Source: Marsupella aquatica | Taxonomy: Eukaryota > Plantae > Marchantiophyta | Reading direction: 5' to 3' | NCBI GenBank assembly: GCA_973895155.1 | Contig: OZ316892.1 | Span: 11,720,238 to 11,784,237, forward strand | Length of the DNA: 64,000 bases | In this document: positions 46,701 to 60,400 of the stretch, in pieces | Numbering within the stretch: position 1 is the stretch's first letter | Layout: each line of letters starts with the position of its first letter | Notes under the pieces: generated by a model | What the model was told of the DNA's origin: nothing | Seen by the model: only the letters and a program-made list of their open reading frames with translations | Database searches by the model: none | Made by a program: the position numbers and the translations under genes

Positions 46701-49700
46701 CGAGCATCCGGAAGTGGACGACTGGGGGACGATGTAGAACAAGATAACTCTGTCGGAATGCGGTCGTTTCCAAGTTCACAGCCAAGATAAGCGTCTACTG
46801 CAGGCTGCAATCCAAGTTTAGCAATCGGTGATGTACTTGTAGTCACCAGCACAGTAGGGGAGGTCTGTACCCCTTTGTCAAACTTGTCAACCATCCTCGG
46901 CAATTGAAAATCATTAGCCTGCATTGAAGATCGCAATCCCACAGTGGACCTACGAACAGAAATTATAGAACTCCTCTGATGACTATCAAGGATTTGCAAT
47001 CCGCGTTGAAGGCAAGCGGCCAACTTCTCTGTTGGCCTGGCTGTGCAGCTAATGCTGGTACGCATACTACATTGTCTTCCTGGGTCATTATTTAGTTGAA
47101 GAGATTGGGAGGTACTAGTCCCATCGTAAAACCTTTCTTGAGTCGAATGAAAGATCTCCTCACACGTAGACTTTGATGGGGCAAAACTGCTCGCAACACG
47201 TCCGGGTCCCAGGGGTGAGCCCGATGAGTTTCGCTTTGACGCTGCTTTCAACCTTGGGGAGACACTCTGAGGTGGCGAATGCAACGCTCTTGGAGCTATC
47301 AACTCGGAAATCTTCGTCGCCTCTGGGGTTTCAACCATCTTTGGAGACTCAGTTATCTCCAGACCCATAATGACAGTGTCGTCGTCACTGTTGGGCAATG
47401 ATTCATGTCGAGACTGATTGAGATCAGCCTTGTGTAACACTTCATCATCTGCAAAATCAGTCGCTCCCGATATCTGAGTGGTGACACTGGAATTCTCTCC
47501 TTGCAAGTTCTTCTCATCGATCGCAGGGAGTCGGGAAAACCCCTGCTGGGACCTATGCTTAGATGCGAGTACCGACTGCGTAATCTCTCTTTCAGCGTCT
47601 TCGTCGTTTCCTTCGATTTCCATGTCCTGATCTGGCTCTTCCAAATCTGCAGCTGATAAAGTCATCGGATGACTCAAACTCAATCGAAGAAGGTTGTAAC
47701 TTCTTCGGGCATTCCAGCTATTAGAGTAGCCACCGGCAGCTCCGTCTGCGTTTTTATTTCCTTTCATCCTCATAAGTTCATCCTGTAACAAAAAAACTCG
47801 TTCGCGTAAACCAAGCTAGCTCCATTACAGGGACCGACCGAGAACACCAATTAAAATGTGGCAGGTGTATACTGTCGCCCTGATTCTGCCATTAGTGAGT
47901 TCTGCACCGTAAGTGATTCAAGGCCGTAACTACTCGAAATCAACGCTCAGCCGTAGAAGAAGTTTCTAAACAAGAGACTTCAATAACTCACCTTTAGCTG
48001 GCGAATCTGCTCACGGAGAAGGCCTACATCGTTGGAAGTCTCTTCATTTACAACAGCTTTGTTCTGTATTGCTTTCGCTCTTTGGGCAAATCTGAGGGTA
48101 CTCAATGTTTCGCTTCTGCAACTGTCATCCACCTTTCCTTTTCAGGAACTCCTCGTCCAGAATTGACATCCAAAGCGAAATTGATCTATGAACTCATGTG
48201 CAGCTAACCCGCAACAAATTTTCTACGCTACTGCTCCTCGCACGAACGTTTAGCAAAACTTCTCAATTATCTCCAAGCATGTGTTTCTCGTACCTGCTCG
48301 CAGGAGATATTGCGCATATCATTGCCAGCTTGGCGTTACCACCCAGAGACTCTTGCAATAAAAAAGTAAGGCGAGAATCACGGTATGGAATGTGCCTCGG
48401 CTTGCTCGTTTGGGCAACTTCTGCCAAAATGTTGATAACATTCCTGTCATAGAGTAGAAATGGGATTAAATGCTGATGCCAATTTTACTTTAACAAGTAC
48501 TCCTTTCGCTTCATAAAATCCTTCTCGGAGAAGACATGAATTGCAGTAACGGGTTCACGTACCCAAGTTGTGACAGGGACTTGTTGATGTTGCCAGCCTC
48601 CTTCAGCCTTTCACCAGCTGCACCACTTTGCTTTTGCCGTTCTGAGCCCGCGAGATCAACCAAATTCATGCGACTGATTCGCACACTATTCCCACCTTCG
48701 GCCAAGTTCTGACAACATTGTCCGAATCAGATGTAAGACTTAAGGCTTACTCTCTCTCCCGAGACCAGCGTATTGCACATGAAAACTCGACACGTTTGCT
48801 ACACACCTTGAATCGAGACTCGATCACACAGGTAAATACACTGTGTGACCTTGAACTTTCGCTATTCATGATGGTTGCGCCAGTTCTCCTGTTCGTCAAG
48901 CCCTGCAAATTCAATTCAATACGGAAACGTGTGTTAGCGCAATTTCTAGAGCATGCAGAAAGAAAGCAGAAGATCCACCGGTAAGTCGCATAGGAAGAGG
49001 AACGATATTCGTATAGACGAATCTCCCTATTGGAAAGGAGAGCTCAGGGTGACTAGTGTGAAAAGCGTTAATTCCTCCAAAAGACCTACTTGAGGACAAT
49101 GCCACTCGCTTATCGAAGAGAGATCCACGAGAGGACAAATCAAGATGTAATCAATTGGATACCGGGCAGTCTCATGAGGAAATCATTACGAAGGAAATCA
49201 CTACTAATTAAGTCACTGCAGGAGCAAATGAAGGCAGAATAGGGTAGGGAAGGTCAACCTTGAGTAAAAGCCGAGTGACATCGTCAACGTTGGACACGAA
49301 TTCCTCGCTAAGGTTGTCAACGTATACACCAGTCTTCGTGTCTTCTCTAATCTACACATACTCGAACACCAACTCTTGACCGCTATAAAATTTGGCATGG
49401 ATATATCAAGGTCTCATATCAAACAACATGAATTTTCTTGTACTCTATGCCATATTGAAGACAAACTTCAGATAAGATGACCGTCAAATGACCCGTTTAG
49501 AGACTGATGATATGCCGCAAGAAAGTGAGTACCGGCTACAAGTGTCACAAAACAGGAAGATTCGGTCGAGCATGCACAACATACCTGAAGGTTTCTCTGA
49601 GTGGGGTCCAATAAATCCGTGATTTGCTCGTTGTATATCTGTCGACATGCATACAGTGGTTTCAGTTGACCAAGATGACCCCTGATCTATTTGTTAAAAT

Positions 49701-51373
49701 GCTCAGGAGCTCAAAATCAACAAAAAAGTAACGATGTAACAAAGTTTCGTACTTCAAGAAAGGAGCACCGGCATTGGTATCGGAGCCCTTTGTCAACGTG
49801 AATTTCCTCCTCCTGAGATGCAGTATTTGAAGTATTAGTAGAAGTTCAACACAATGGGTTGTCATGTGAATCATTCATTTCTCACTGTGAACGTCTAGGA
49901 TGGATACGAATCCTGATAAGAGATCCATTACTCGAAAGGACTTTCCACTGGAAAGATCAACTCGCACAGAAAGGCACACTCCAAATGCTTACCTGCTGCA
50001 TGCGAGAAAATAATCTCTCGATGACTCTGGGAGTAAGACCTCTTTGATCGCTAGGAAGTGAGCTTGAGTCCGGATCGGTCGCTATGCCCATCATTGTGTG
50101 CGTTTTCCCGCTCCCGGTCTGCCTCAACATTTATGCATATATTAGGAACTTCTGGATATCGTCGAATTATAGATTAATAGGGCAGTTCGCCCACAGACAC
50201 CAGGGGTTCCCTCGAACAGTTATCGAACATGCAGCAAACTCATCCTCCGAAAGCAGCATTACCTGACCGTATGCAAAGATTGAACTGTTGAATCCCGCAA
50301 GACAGTTCTCCACCATGGGCGAGCCTACCATTTCAAATATGTCTTGCTGCAGGTCATGAGGAATTAATGTTATAACCGTGATGCGGAACTCAGGAGCTGG
50401 AGAGGCTCGGAATCCCAAGATAACAGTTTGAAAACAGTGATAATATCAACTAGGACAGGATCCTGTGGAGAAACTATTAACGCCTTGCCGGCACCAGCTT
50501 GCAACACTTGGAAGGTTTGAACAAGGCATAGGCTGCGCCATAATTACTTGGGAGGCTCCTTCGCCTGCAATTGCATCGAAGGTAAACTGCTGATCGCCTA
50601 ACGTAACAGCATCCGACGATATCTTCTGGACAATTTTAGTAGCTCCCTCCTGCTCTTCCTTCTCGTTCCCTGGTCGCATTCTTATAATCACCTGTCGACA
50701 GAAGATGAACCTTAATAGGGAGCGTTGCATGGGATTACTTACCTTTTTGTCCAGGCACAAAGTTACAAAACTCCGATTCTCTTAGAAATGGCTGAACAGA
50801 AAACTCTGCACATGATCAATTTCGAGAAAGACTAACGTATCGAAATAGATTTCGGATGTTGGATGAGAGGCGAACCTTTACACCTGAGTCAGGGCCACTG
50901 GTATCCGCTGCGGGCGCGACTCCGACAGTCTCTGAAGAGTTAGAGCCGCTGACATCCCAGTGCAGCTTCCTCTTTGTGGTCATGAGGTTGTCTTGGCCCT
51001 GAGATACAGGTGACTCGAGTTTCGGTCCGACAGGTGAGGACTTTCCAGATGGAGGTCGGGGAAGCAAGGCCGGACTTCCAGGCAGAGGTGCCGCACCGCC
51101 ATTGCGTCCCTTCTTTGATGATCTAGTTTGTGCCGGGGAGGCAGTGTCTTGAGTCGGAGTATTGGCCTTGACGTATGCTGCCGTGGCCGCAGTGTGGTTA
51201 TTATCTGGAGGCACATTCTCGCCATTCGCCCGAGACCTATTACGACTAGGAGTGGATGGAAGAGACTTCTGTTGCCGAAACGGTCCCAGATAGAATGGTT
51301 CACGGTCTCTTCCTGGCTGCTCCGCCGGCAACGAGTTGCTGCGTAGCGAGCGTGACCTGCCGAGCGACTTCAT
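43750..51373 (-). CDS. Kinesin-12 (PAKRP1/KIN12A-like) phragmoplast kinesin, multi-exon
   Basis: DSGVKV.IRMRP; FTFD; [20 protein letters not shown] (P-loop); [12 protein letters not shown]; SSRSHSVF; [12 protein letters not shown]; [10 protein letters not shown]; [22 protein letters not shown]. Tail motifs [34 protein letters not shown] and [21 protein letters not shown] are typical of plant kinesin-12. Confidence 0.93.
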
Positions 51374-51959
51374 TTACAACGACAAGATGAACAGAGGAGC
51401 AGTCTGTTCTATCTGCTTCACCACGCGCCAACGACGGCACATCCAATCTTTGATACCTGCTCCTCGTCACAATGTGACCTTTAGCGTCCTCCTTATTCCT
51501 GAGTGCAGTGAGGTCTCTCCCTAAAAACTGTGTTGTCCGTCCTTCCGTAGGGCCCTTGTTCACAGGGAGAAATCGCACGAGACTTGGAAATAAAGGGCGA
51601 GATTCTCAATTCTCACTTGCTTGTGAGACCATGATAACCGGGAGTCCCGATTGCAGCAGCGACGTTCAAGTGAACTGCAGGAGCCATCATCGCAGAAATC
51701 TAAGAACGTCAAATTCAAAGATAACTCAAGGCTCGAAATGCCAGTGCATAGACAGAGTGTTTGTAAAGGTAAGATTTATGTACTGAGCTCCGAAAAAATG
51801 CTTTGAACCAAATGTAGTAGCCAAGGATAACGAGACAGAATGGGAGTACAGCTAACATTTCTTTTGAGGGAGCTTGAGAAACTGCTTCGACCAGTTGCGA
51901 ACGACTTGAACGAGACAGAGTGCTAACTACGAAATGCTTCAACCTACTGTAGTTGCGAA

Positions 51960-52720
51960 CAAATTGACGAATCAAACGAGCGCTCCCAAAGACCGAGTCA
52001 GAGAACGAGAGAGCACAACGCTACTGAGGAACGATGAATTTAGAAGAATGTTATGGGCTTCCTCCTCCTCTACGTCCACGGCGAGAAGGATCGATCGACC
52101 ACAATGCCAGGAATGTCGAGCGAGCGAATTGGAAAAATCAAACGAGCGCTCCCAAAGACTGATGAGTGAGAGAAGGCGAAAGCAAAAAGAAAGGTAACGG
52201 TACTGCACCAGCGCTACCGAAGGACGACGAAATGCAGAAGAATGCCATGGGCCTCCTCCTCCTCCTCCACGTCTCAGTCGTCTCCTTGATGGCGGATCGC
52301 AGTCCCAGGAATGTCGAACGGGCGAATTCACGAATCCAACGAGTGCTCCCAAAGATTTGCTTAGTGAGCTCAGCAGAGTGAGCAACGACAGGTAAAGGTC
52401 CACCACCGCTACTAATGGACGACGAAGTTCAGATGAATGTCGTGGGCCTCCACCTCCTCCTCCTCCTCCTTCTCCTCTAAGTTCACCTTTTACAAGGATC
52501 GGTCGGACCACAACGCCAGCAATATCAAGCGAGCGAATTCGCGAATCCAACGAGCGCTCCCAAAGACTGAAGACTGAGAGAAGCTACGAAGTTCAGAAGA
52601 ATGTCCCGGGGACTCCTCCTCCTCTAAATTCACTTTTACAAGGTTCGGTCGGACCACAATTCCACGAATGTCGAGCGAGCAAATGGTCGAAAATCCACCG
52701 AGCGCTCCCCAAGACTGATG
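51960..52720. repeat. ~150-210-bp degenerate tandem repeat (4-5 copies) in the kinesin 5' leader region
   Basis: cgagcgctcccaaagac(t)ga...acgaa.t.cagaagaatg...ctcctcctcct...gaatgtcgagcgagc.aat recurs at ~51975, 52140, 52338, 52549 and 52697. Confidence 0.85.
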
Positions 52721-52817
52721 AGTGACAAAAGCTGTGTGCGAGAGGGACACACAGAGAGAGAGAGCGAGAGTGAGAGAGAGAGCAGAGAACGAGAGCTCAC
52801 GCTGGTGCTGCCGCTGC

Positions 52818-52828
52818 ACCAACGGCTA
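52818..52828 (+). promoter_or_regulatory. Possible MSA (mitosis-specific activator) element upstream of kinesin-12
   Basis: ACCAACGGCTA matches YCYAACGGYYA except position 1. It lies just upstream of a (GA)n tract likely near the TSS of a mitotic gene. Confidence 0.35.
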
Positions 52829-53895
52829 CTACTGCCACCGCGCTCTGTTTCTGCAGCCGGAGCTCCGCTTCGTCTCCTTGTGGCGGACGTGCAGTAAAGT
52901 GCAGTAAAGTGCAGTATAGAGCGAGCATCAATTTGAATTCCGGCATTGTGAACGTTGTCACGAGAAACTAAAAAAACAAAAAGGAAAAAGCACGCAAACT
53001 ATGAACAGACATGCCCGGAAGGATGCAGAGGCTTGACTGGGTGCTCGGATGGTCTCCTTCAAACTCAGAATAACACAATACATGTGAAACTAACGCTTGG
53101 ATGGACCCCCTCGTGAGCCGTGCGACCCGGACGGACCATAATACTAGTGACGAGAAAAGCATGAATTGTATCACTACTGTGAACGTGAAAAACTAAAAGA
53201 CAAACACGAAAAATCTCGGACCCAGAGGTTTGACAAGGTGCTCGGATGGACTCAAAGAAACTATGGATATCACAATAGGCATGAAGTAATGCTTGGACGG
53301 ACCCCTCCCGTGAACTACAAACCTGGATGGACCAGGAAAGTATTGACCACAAAATTGTGTCATTGTCAGGAAAAACTGAAGAAAAAAAGGCAGGGCTGAT
53401 TCAGAGGCTCATGAAGCAGGTTTGCCACGTGTGCTTACAATGTTTCATTAAATACTTTCCTTCTAGACATATCTTCAGCTATTCTTGATTAGTCTATAGT
53501 TGCAAGCTCTAATGCACACTTTTTCCCTCCACAAATATCTCTATTTTAGTTCAGCCTATGTGAGAACCAGAGTTTATATCTTGCAAGCCTTTATGGCCTC
53601 ATTGGCTGAACTATGTTCAGCTATGAGATGGGGAAACCAAGATACTTTTGTTTGCAATACAATGGACTGCAATACTGGACTTCTATACAATTTCTCTTGT
53701 TCTAAAGAGACCAAAACAAAATCCAATGTATTGTGTACAGTATTTGTATTCATGCCAAATCATGATGACAGAACATAGATGAGGGGAACATTTAATGATT
53801 TGTCTTTCCTGTTTATTTCATTCTTTTGTTCTTATTCATTTTGTTTGTTTGAAGCTAAGTATATTTAATACTTGCTCTTTTAAGTTCAGCCTAAT

Positions 53896-54514
53896 ATGAC
53901 CAAACCCCCTTTCCCGGTTCGACCTTGCCCGTCAAACTGGTTGAAAAATTCAGGCAAAACGACAACCGGCACCCGGGTTCGGGAGCAGTCTGGGCCAGGA
54001 CAAGTTTGGGCAGCGTTCGGGCAGGGTCCGGGCCAGGGTCAGGGGGGTGGGGGAGCCGGTCCCCAGGTGGGGCGGTCCAGTGGGGGTTCGGGGGAGCCAG
54101 TCCGGGTGTGGGGGGAGGCCGGGTTTGGGAAAGGTCCAAGCAGTGTCCGGGGGAGTCCGGGAATTGTTTGGGGGGGGGTTCCGGGGGGAGGTTGGGAAGG
54201 GTTTCGGGAGAGGTCCGGGCCGGGGTCGGGGGGGAGGGGGAGGGGGAGCTGGTTCGGGGGGGTTCGGGGGAGCCGTCCGGGTGGGGGGGGAGCCAGGTTT
54301 GGCGGAGCCGGTTTGGGAGAGATCCGTGAAGTGTCCGGGGGAGTCCGGGAATTGTTCGGAGGGAGTTCGGGAAGGGTCCGGGGGGGTCCGGGGAAGTTCG
54401 GGAGAATCTTGGCGAATATGCGTCAAATGGTTTTGGGGCCGTCATTTGACGGTTTTACGTACCCGACAAGGCGTCAAGTTGCCCGTCAGGTTAAACCGGG
54501 CCCCCTTTGGTCAT
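53896..54514. mobile_element. G-rich non-autonomous element with imperfect terminal inverted repeats
   Basis: ATGACCAAA...CCCGGTT at the left end and AACCGGG...TTTGGTCAT at the right end; TTGCCCGTCA near both ends. GC-rich, G-skewed interior in AT-rich flanks; no clean TSD. Confidence 0.55.
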
Positions 54515-55852
54515 GGGCCTGGTTTAATGGGGTTGTCCAAGAGATATCTCAACGTAACACTTTTGTCCATCAACACATGGCCGCAAATTTTGTGTAAAGA
54601 AACTTGTTTGCTCTACTTAGCTGCAGTATACACTTACTTATGGTCATGGAATATAATCATTCCTTGTGCTAAAAAATATGGAGTATGAATTTAGTAGTCC
54701 ATGTTCATAACTTTTTCTATTGGTAACCTTAACCTAATAGTTGAGCTACATCAAGTTTTGAGGATTGAGACCCTCTAAATAATAGCTACGTCCCTTGACT
54801 ATGCATCCAAGAACTGAACTATGGCAAAACTTGAGAGCTTGGATGGATTGCTGTTGCTCAAGCTCTCTGCCCCACAATGCAACTTTTCTGGCAGATCCAT
54901 GTGTGCGAACTACTAGTGGGGGTTTGACACGCCCACTCCCAATGGATGTAGCCAGGTTCCATGGCAGACCTAGATTCCCTCTAGTGCTCTCATGTAGAGT
55001 AGGCTAACCCATACTTGGCCTAGAGTCCTTGTAAACCCCATTTCTCCTTCATAAGCAGCTTGTTAAGGGGGCCCATTTGGAGCCAACTACGGCCATCTCT
55101 CCTCAATAAAGGGTCCAGATTTGATCAGAGATGAAAGCAAAGCTGTAGGGACAAAAGTCAAATAATTTGCCCGGTAGAGCTCAAGGGTCACAATTGCACA
55201 TGCTGAGAACCACCATCTTCTCCCCAACATAGATCCATGGCATTGTATCCAAATAGTGGGCCATGCGGTGCCCTATTCTAATAGTGCACCATGGGTGTTT
55301 TGTTCCAGTTTTGACCTCTGTTTTCTTTTTGGTACTTGTGGAGTTGTGTTCAAATATTGACATAGAGTTCAAATATGGGCACTGGGAGATTAGGGTGTAA
55401 GCAGTGATTGGGTTCAAGCCTCTTCTACTTCCCAACAATATCTCCTCACTGATACGAATGTATAGCTAATTCAAACACTAAATTTACACAAGGGGAGAAA
55501 TCAAATTTGTCATAGATAACCCTACCACACAAACAATAAGTAAAGAGTATACTATTATCACTTGGTTAAACATCTAGTTGAAACATATTCATGAGATGAA
55601 AAAGTTCACCATGTGAGCTGTGTAGAGTTACTAACTCTTTTAGTAGTTTGCTCCAAATAGTCAACTTAACATAGTAATGTCCTAAACTGGGCTTGATCAT
55701 CAGAATAGGACTACATTGAAAGTTCTGGAATGAAAGTAATCATCAGTTTTGGACAGGCTCACTCCCTCATTGTTGACTCAAAGTAAATGAGAAGTAGACC
55801 AATTTTACCCTCATTGATGACTCCAACTGAATGAGAATTTGACCTGTTGTAG

Positions 55853-56270
55853 TCTTCTTGATGCTATATTCCAGTGATTCTTCCCATAGGATTGTAGTAG
55901 ATCAAAGTGTCACATCTAAACACCGGGATCAACTCAAACACAACACCAGGGCGCTCATGTTTGTTTTCATCTTGCTGCTCTCTTCCAATGATTCTTCCCA
56001 TAAGATAGTGTCACATTTAAACACAACTTCCAACTCAAACACAACACCAGGGCGTTCTTGTTTGTATTGGTCTTGCTCCTATCTTCCAATGATTCTTCCC
56101 ATAAGATGGTGTCACATCGAAACACAAAGTCCTACTCGAACACACCACCGGGGCATTCATGTTGGTATTCTTCTTGCTGCTATCGTCCAATGATTCTTCC
56201 CATAAGATGTATTAAATCAGTGTCACATTTAAACACAACATCCCACTCAAACACAGCACCAGGGCGTTCA
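55853..56270. repeat. ~100-115-bp tandem repeat (4 copies)
   Basis: tcttgct...ccaatgattcttcccataagat...gtgtcacat.taaacac...actcaaacacaacaccagggcg recurs four times. Confidence 0.85.
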
Positions 56271-57467
56271 AGTTGAAACGACTTTTCGCTCAAGGGACCA
56301 AAGAAAATCAATCATGGAAAACATCACCGTGGCATTGTGTGCAGGGGAAGAGGGTAGTGATAAGGATCACGTCCAGTAGTAGTGACAGCACGTTCCAATT
56401 GAGGTACTAGTGGTAAGGATCCCGTCGAGTAGTCGGTGGAGCTTGCAAGGAGGCAATAATTGCTGTATTGCAAAAGCAAAATCGACCAAGGTTGCTTTTG
56501 GCTCCATGGAGTAGAAGGTAAATTTCTGGTAGCCATAATTCATTTTCACGACAACGATGAGGAACCCAATGGTGAATTGCCAGAAGTTCCTATCACCAAA
56601 CAGTTGATTGATGTTAAACTCCACGAGTGCAATCTAGATGGAAATCCAGGAAACAAGTGAAGGGCAATCGGACATCTTTCTGATTTCATACTAAGACTCT
56701 GTCCGTATTTCTTTCCTGTTACGATACAAGAGGGATCCCAGGAACAATCCATGGAATTTCGAAGGTTTGTGGGCAACTCGAAAAAACACAACGAGATAAC
56801 AGAAAGCTAAATCACTCCAAAATGTCGTACAAAGTAAAGGTGCCTTCAGCTAATAGGCCTGCGAAATGTGCAACAAAATTTGGGCGTGTGGGCTTTCGCG
56901 GAGTGTCAGTCGAGGGCAAGAATCTGCTCCATCTGACACTTATTTGCAGCTCTCGACCATGAAATTTGCGAATGCGCAGTAAACTAACTTGAGTAAGAAT
57001 TCGCGTGGAGCTTGAAGGAGCACGAATTTGCAACACATTCACATATTTGCAGCTGTCGAGCTTTACATTTGCGACCGCCCGGTAATAATTTTCATGGAGC
57101 AGTGCTGCTCGGAGGAACAGTGTATGCAAATGCCTTCCATGCTATGTCAATATACCGACTTCATTACGTGTGGCTATATTTTACAACTCAGACACCTATC
57201 ACAAAAGATAGGGGAGATTTGAGCAGAAACCAAAGCTTGAAGTACGAGCAACTTGCAAACGAGCGCAGTGGGCACGGAACGAAGAGAGCAAAACGAGGCA
57301 GCTGCGAAGAAGATTTTAAAACGCAGCATCTGCATACGAATCGCATAGACGGTAAGCCACTAAAATACTGCTCCAGTACTCGTCAAGCGTATCGCCAATG
57401 AACACGTGTTCTACTCAACTTGCCTTGACTGAGAAATTCCGGATATTGATTCCATAGAACTGGATGT

Positions 57468-60400
57468 TCAACAAAAGTTTCTCGTATGATGCTCAAAAAT
57501 GGAATGTTTAAGAAGATCCGTAGCCGAGGGGCGAAGACTGGCCATAGGATTCATCATCTCCTGCATCACAGGCAGGTGAGACCACTTTTAGGTCAGGTGG
57601 TGTGTACAAAAGCAGGCAGGGCATCAATATACCAACAATGTTCATTCTACAATAGTTTCTTCTTCAAGTGAAGCTTCAGGAATGAAAGTAAAGCTTTCCA
57701 AAGTGTGCTTATAAAAACTTCAAGTTTGGGTTTTAAATCCACCTTCAGAAGAAGCTGAAAAGGTTGTGAGAAACCGGGCAACTCAGCCAACTTCCCTTGC
57801 CGTAATGCCTGAAATTGCACTCCAGATGAAGGAAGTGGTAGCCCTCTTGCTAGTTCATACATCGTGGCACCAAGGGCAAAAATGTCAGCCTTGTGAAGCT
57901 GACTATGATCATCATTTAAAATCTCTAGTGGAGTATACCTTGAATCCCCCTCTTCTATTTGCAATGTGCCATCTATTCGACTAGCCCGGCCAAAATCACC
58001 AAGCTTGTAGACCCCGTTTATGACATAGATATTGTCCGGCTTGATATCCAAATGCACAAGCCCTCGCAGGCAAATCAGGGCTAGTGCTTGAGTTATCTGT
58101 ACAGAAAACAGGGGTAAGCACAACGAAATCCCTGAGAGCTGGAAATTTTGCCAGCTTGGTAACTCCATTGCTGCTTCTAAAGCACGTGCAGAGTATTGCC
58201 AGGGAAAAACCATATATAAATTCACAAAGATGTTACCTGCCATAGGACATCAACCAATGGCTTCTCTGATGATAAGTCTCCTGCAGCTTTCATTTCAGTG
58301 AGATTACAGAAACATAACTCCGTCTGAATGTAAAGATAGTCATCCTCAAACCATGCTGAATGGTACCTAACAACATGTGGATGTGATCCTGCATTATATA
58401 ATCAGATGATACCATTTAGTACCTTGCCAACATCCATAACGAAAAAGGTAAGATTGAAGCGTTGTGGCACCTTCAAGCACCTCAATCCTCTTGAGATCAA
58501 TTCGCTGAGCCAAGTGACACGAAGTGGCTGAATCCACTTCATGTAGCAGGGTCAAATCGACAATCGCATTGAGGTACAAGGAACTGATAAAAGTCTAGAA
58601 AAGATAAACTTAGGCAACCTATCCAACAAGAGAGAACATTACTATACGGGTTAATAAGGATCAGTCACCTATGGTTGCCAATGCCTGAACCTCCACCAAT
58701 GCCTGTTTCCTGCAGAGACCATATAAATTCTATGAGATAAAGTTCCCCTAAACAGTTTGTTTAACAGCTGCCAGCAAATACAGCTGAATCTGAGAAACTA
58801 GAACAGGCTTGACACCTTTGAAGTCTACAGTATCAGTTTATCACCAAGAAACTGGACAACCTTCAAAAGCAACGAAGTTGAATGTCATCCTATACTGGCG
58901 TACTGCTTGGATGCTATCCTTTCTGCTACCGAAGCCAAACATTGGATTTATAGATCCACCGTCAAGGATTCTACTCGGCAACATCTCTCAGAAAGCAGTG
59001 AAGAGAATGGCGATGAAGGAACCTCTCACTCTCTAAGATCAACTGATGATGCGTGCGTTTGACAGCATACAAGCAGCCGTCAGTTCGATTAAGGACTTTG
59101 TAAACTCGACTAAAACAACCCCGTCCAATCTCCTGCGTCAGTGACAGTCACCTAGATATGATGTGCAGTCAACTTTTTTAAAAATGCAGAAAATGCAAAA
59201 CAACGCTAATCGTCCGATCATATAGAGCCAAGTTCATTCCAATCCACCAACAAGGCCACCCTCTGACATGATAAGTCTTAATGCATTAGAAAATTCTCTA
59301 CGCATTAGAAAATTTGTCGAAGGGCATTTGCGCGGAATGTAAAGGAAGGGTTTCTTTTATCGACGTTATTAATAGAAAACCTTTATTTCCTCAAAGTCCT
59401 CTCGATAGCGCGAGAAATGTCCACCACTCGCAGACGGCTGACGGCCTGAAAGCAGAGTTTGGAACATACAATTAGAATATTTCTGCTCGACGTAGTATCG
59501 GCTTCAACTAGACAAAGAGTTTGTTTAAAGTACAGAACTGCTTCGAAGAGAATTCCCTTTTACGACATTGGTGACTTGTTCTTGGAACTGTCAACAAGTT
59601 AGATTTTGAAATGTAGGTATGAACATCTCAACAAATTGAAATGATGGCAGCGAGATAGTCTCTGTTAAGATTGGGGTGCAGTCACCTTGCGGTTTTGGTC
59701 TTCTTTCTCTTGCACAACCGACGTCTGGATCCCTAGCAAGAAAGGGATTTTGTATACAATGCGGGTTCTGCACGAAATTCCACACGGTTGAGTCTTAGTT
59801 TTGTATTGGGTTTAATGCACAGAATTTCCAACCCATTCACAATCAATACATAACAGAATTTCCTCCCGGTGAGCGTTATACCTCTGAGGCTGATGGGGGC
59901 ACTTTTAGCCTGTTGTCGGCCAATGTGTCCGACAGAAGGGTACCAACGTCTGAACCATTCCGATAAACGACAAGGATGTAAATTTGGAGGTGGAGAGTTC
60001 TGTCATCGTAGGTACATAGATAGAGAGAATCGAAAACATACGGAAGCGTACGGAAACGACAGGGGTGGCAGAATATTCAGCCACCCCTGTCAGGGAATTA
60101 CCCGGTCTCCGTCGTTTACTTCGGAGTATTGTCAAACTCAAAGGCGATCGAGGCACGAGACAATGTTCCTGCAGAATCGGGAAAATAAACCCTTATGAGA
60201 CAGGGCGCATCGGTACCGAACAATAATCTCGGGCTGTTAGCATTGTTCGCTTGGACAGAATCTCAGTGAAATGGAAAGGGATTCCCACCCGATCCCACTT
60301 GGTCCATACAACCTACAGAAGTACAACGACCTGCATCCGCCAGCCCCTTCTCCACACTAGATCGATGGGATGTCTTCAGTGCGCTCAATTCTTTCTTGAC

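Noticed and set aside
53891-54688. Overlapping 130-230 aa ORFs
   Set aside because: Artefacts of G-rich repeat sequence.
55853-56270. CRISPR-like array
   Set aside because: Whole units are homologous with no unique spacers, the context is eukaryotic, and no cas genes are present.
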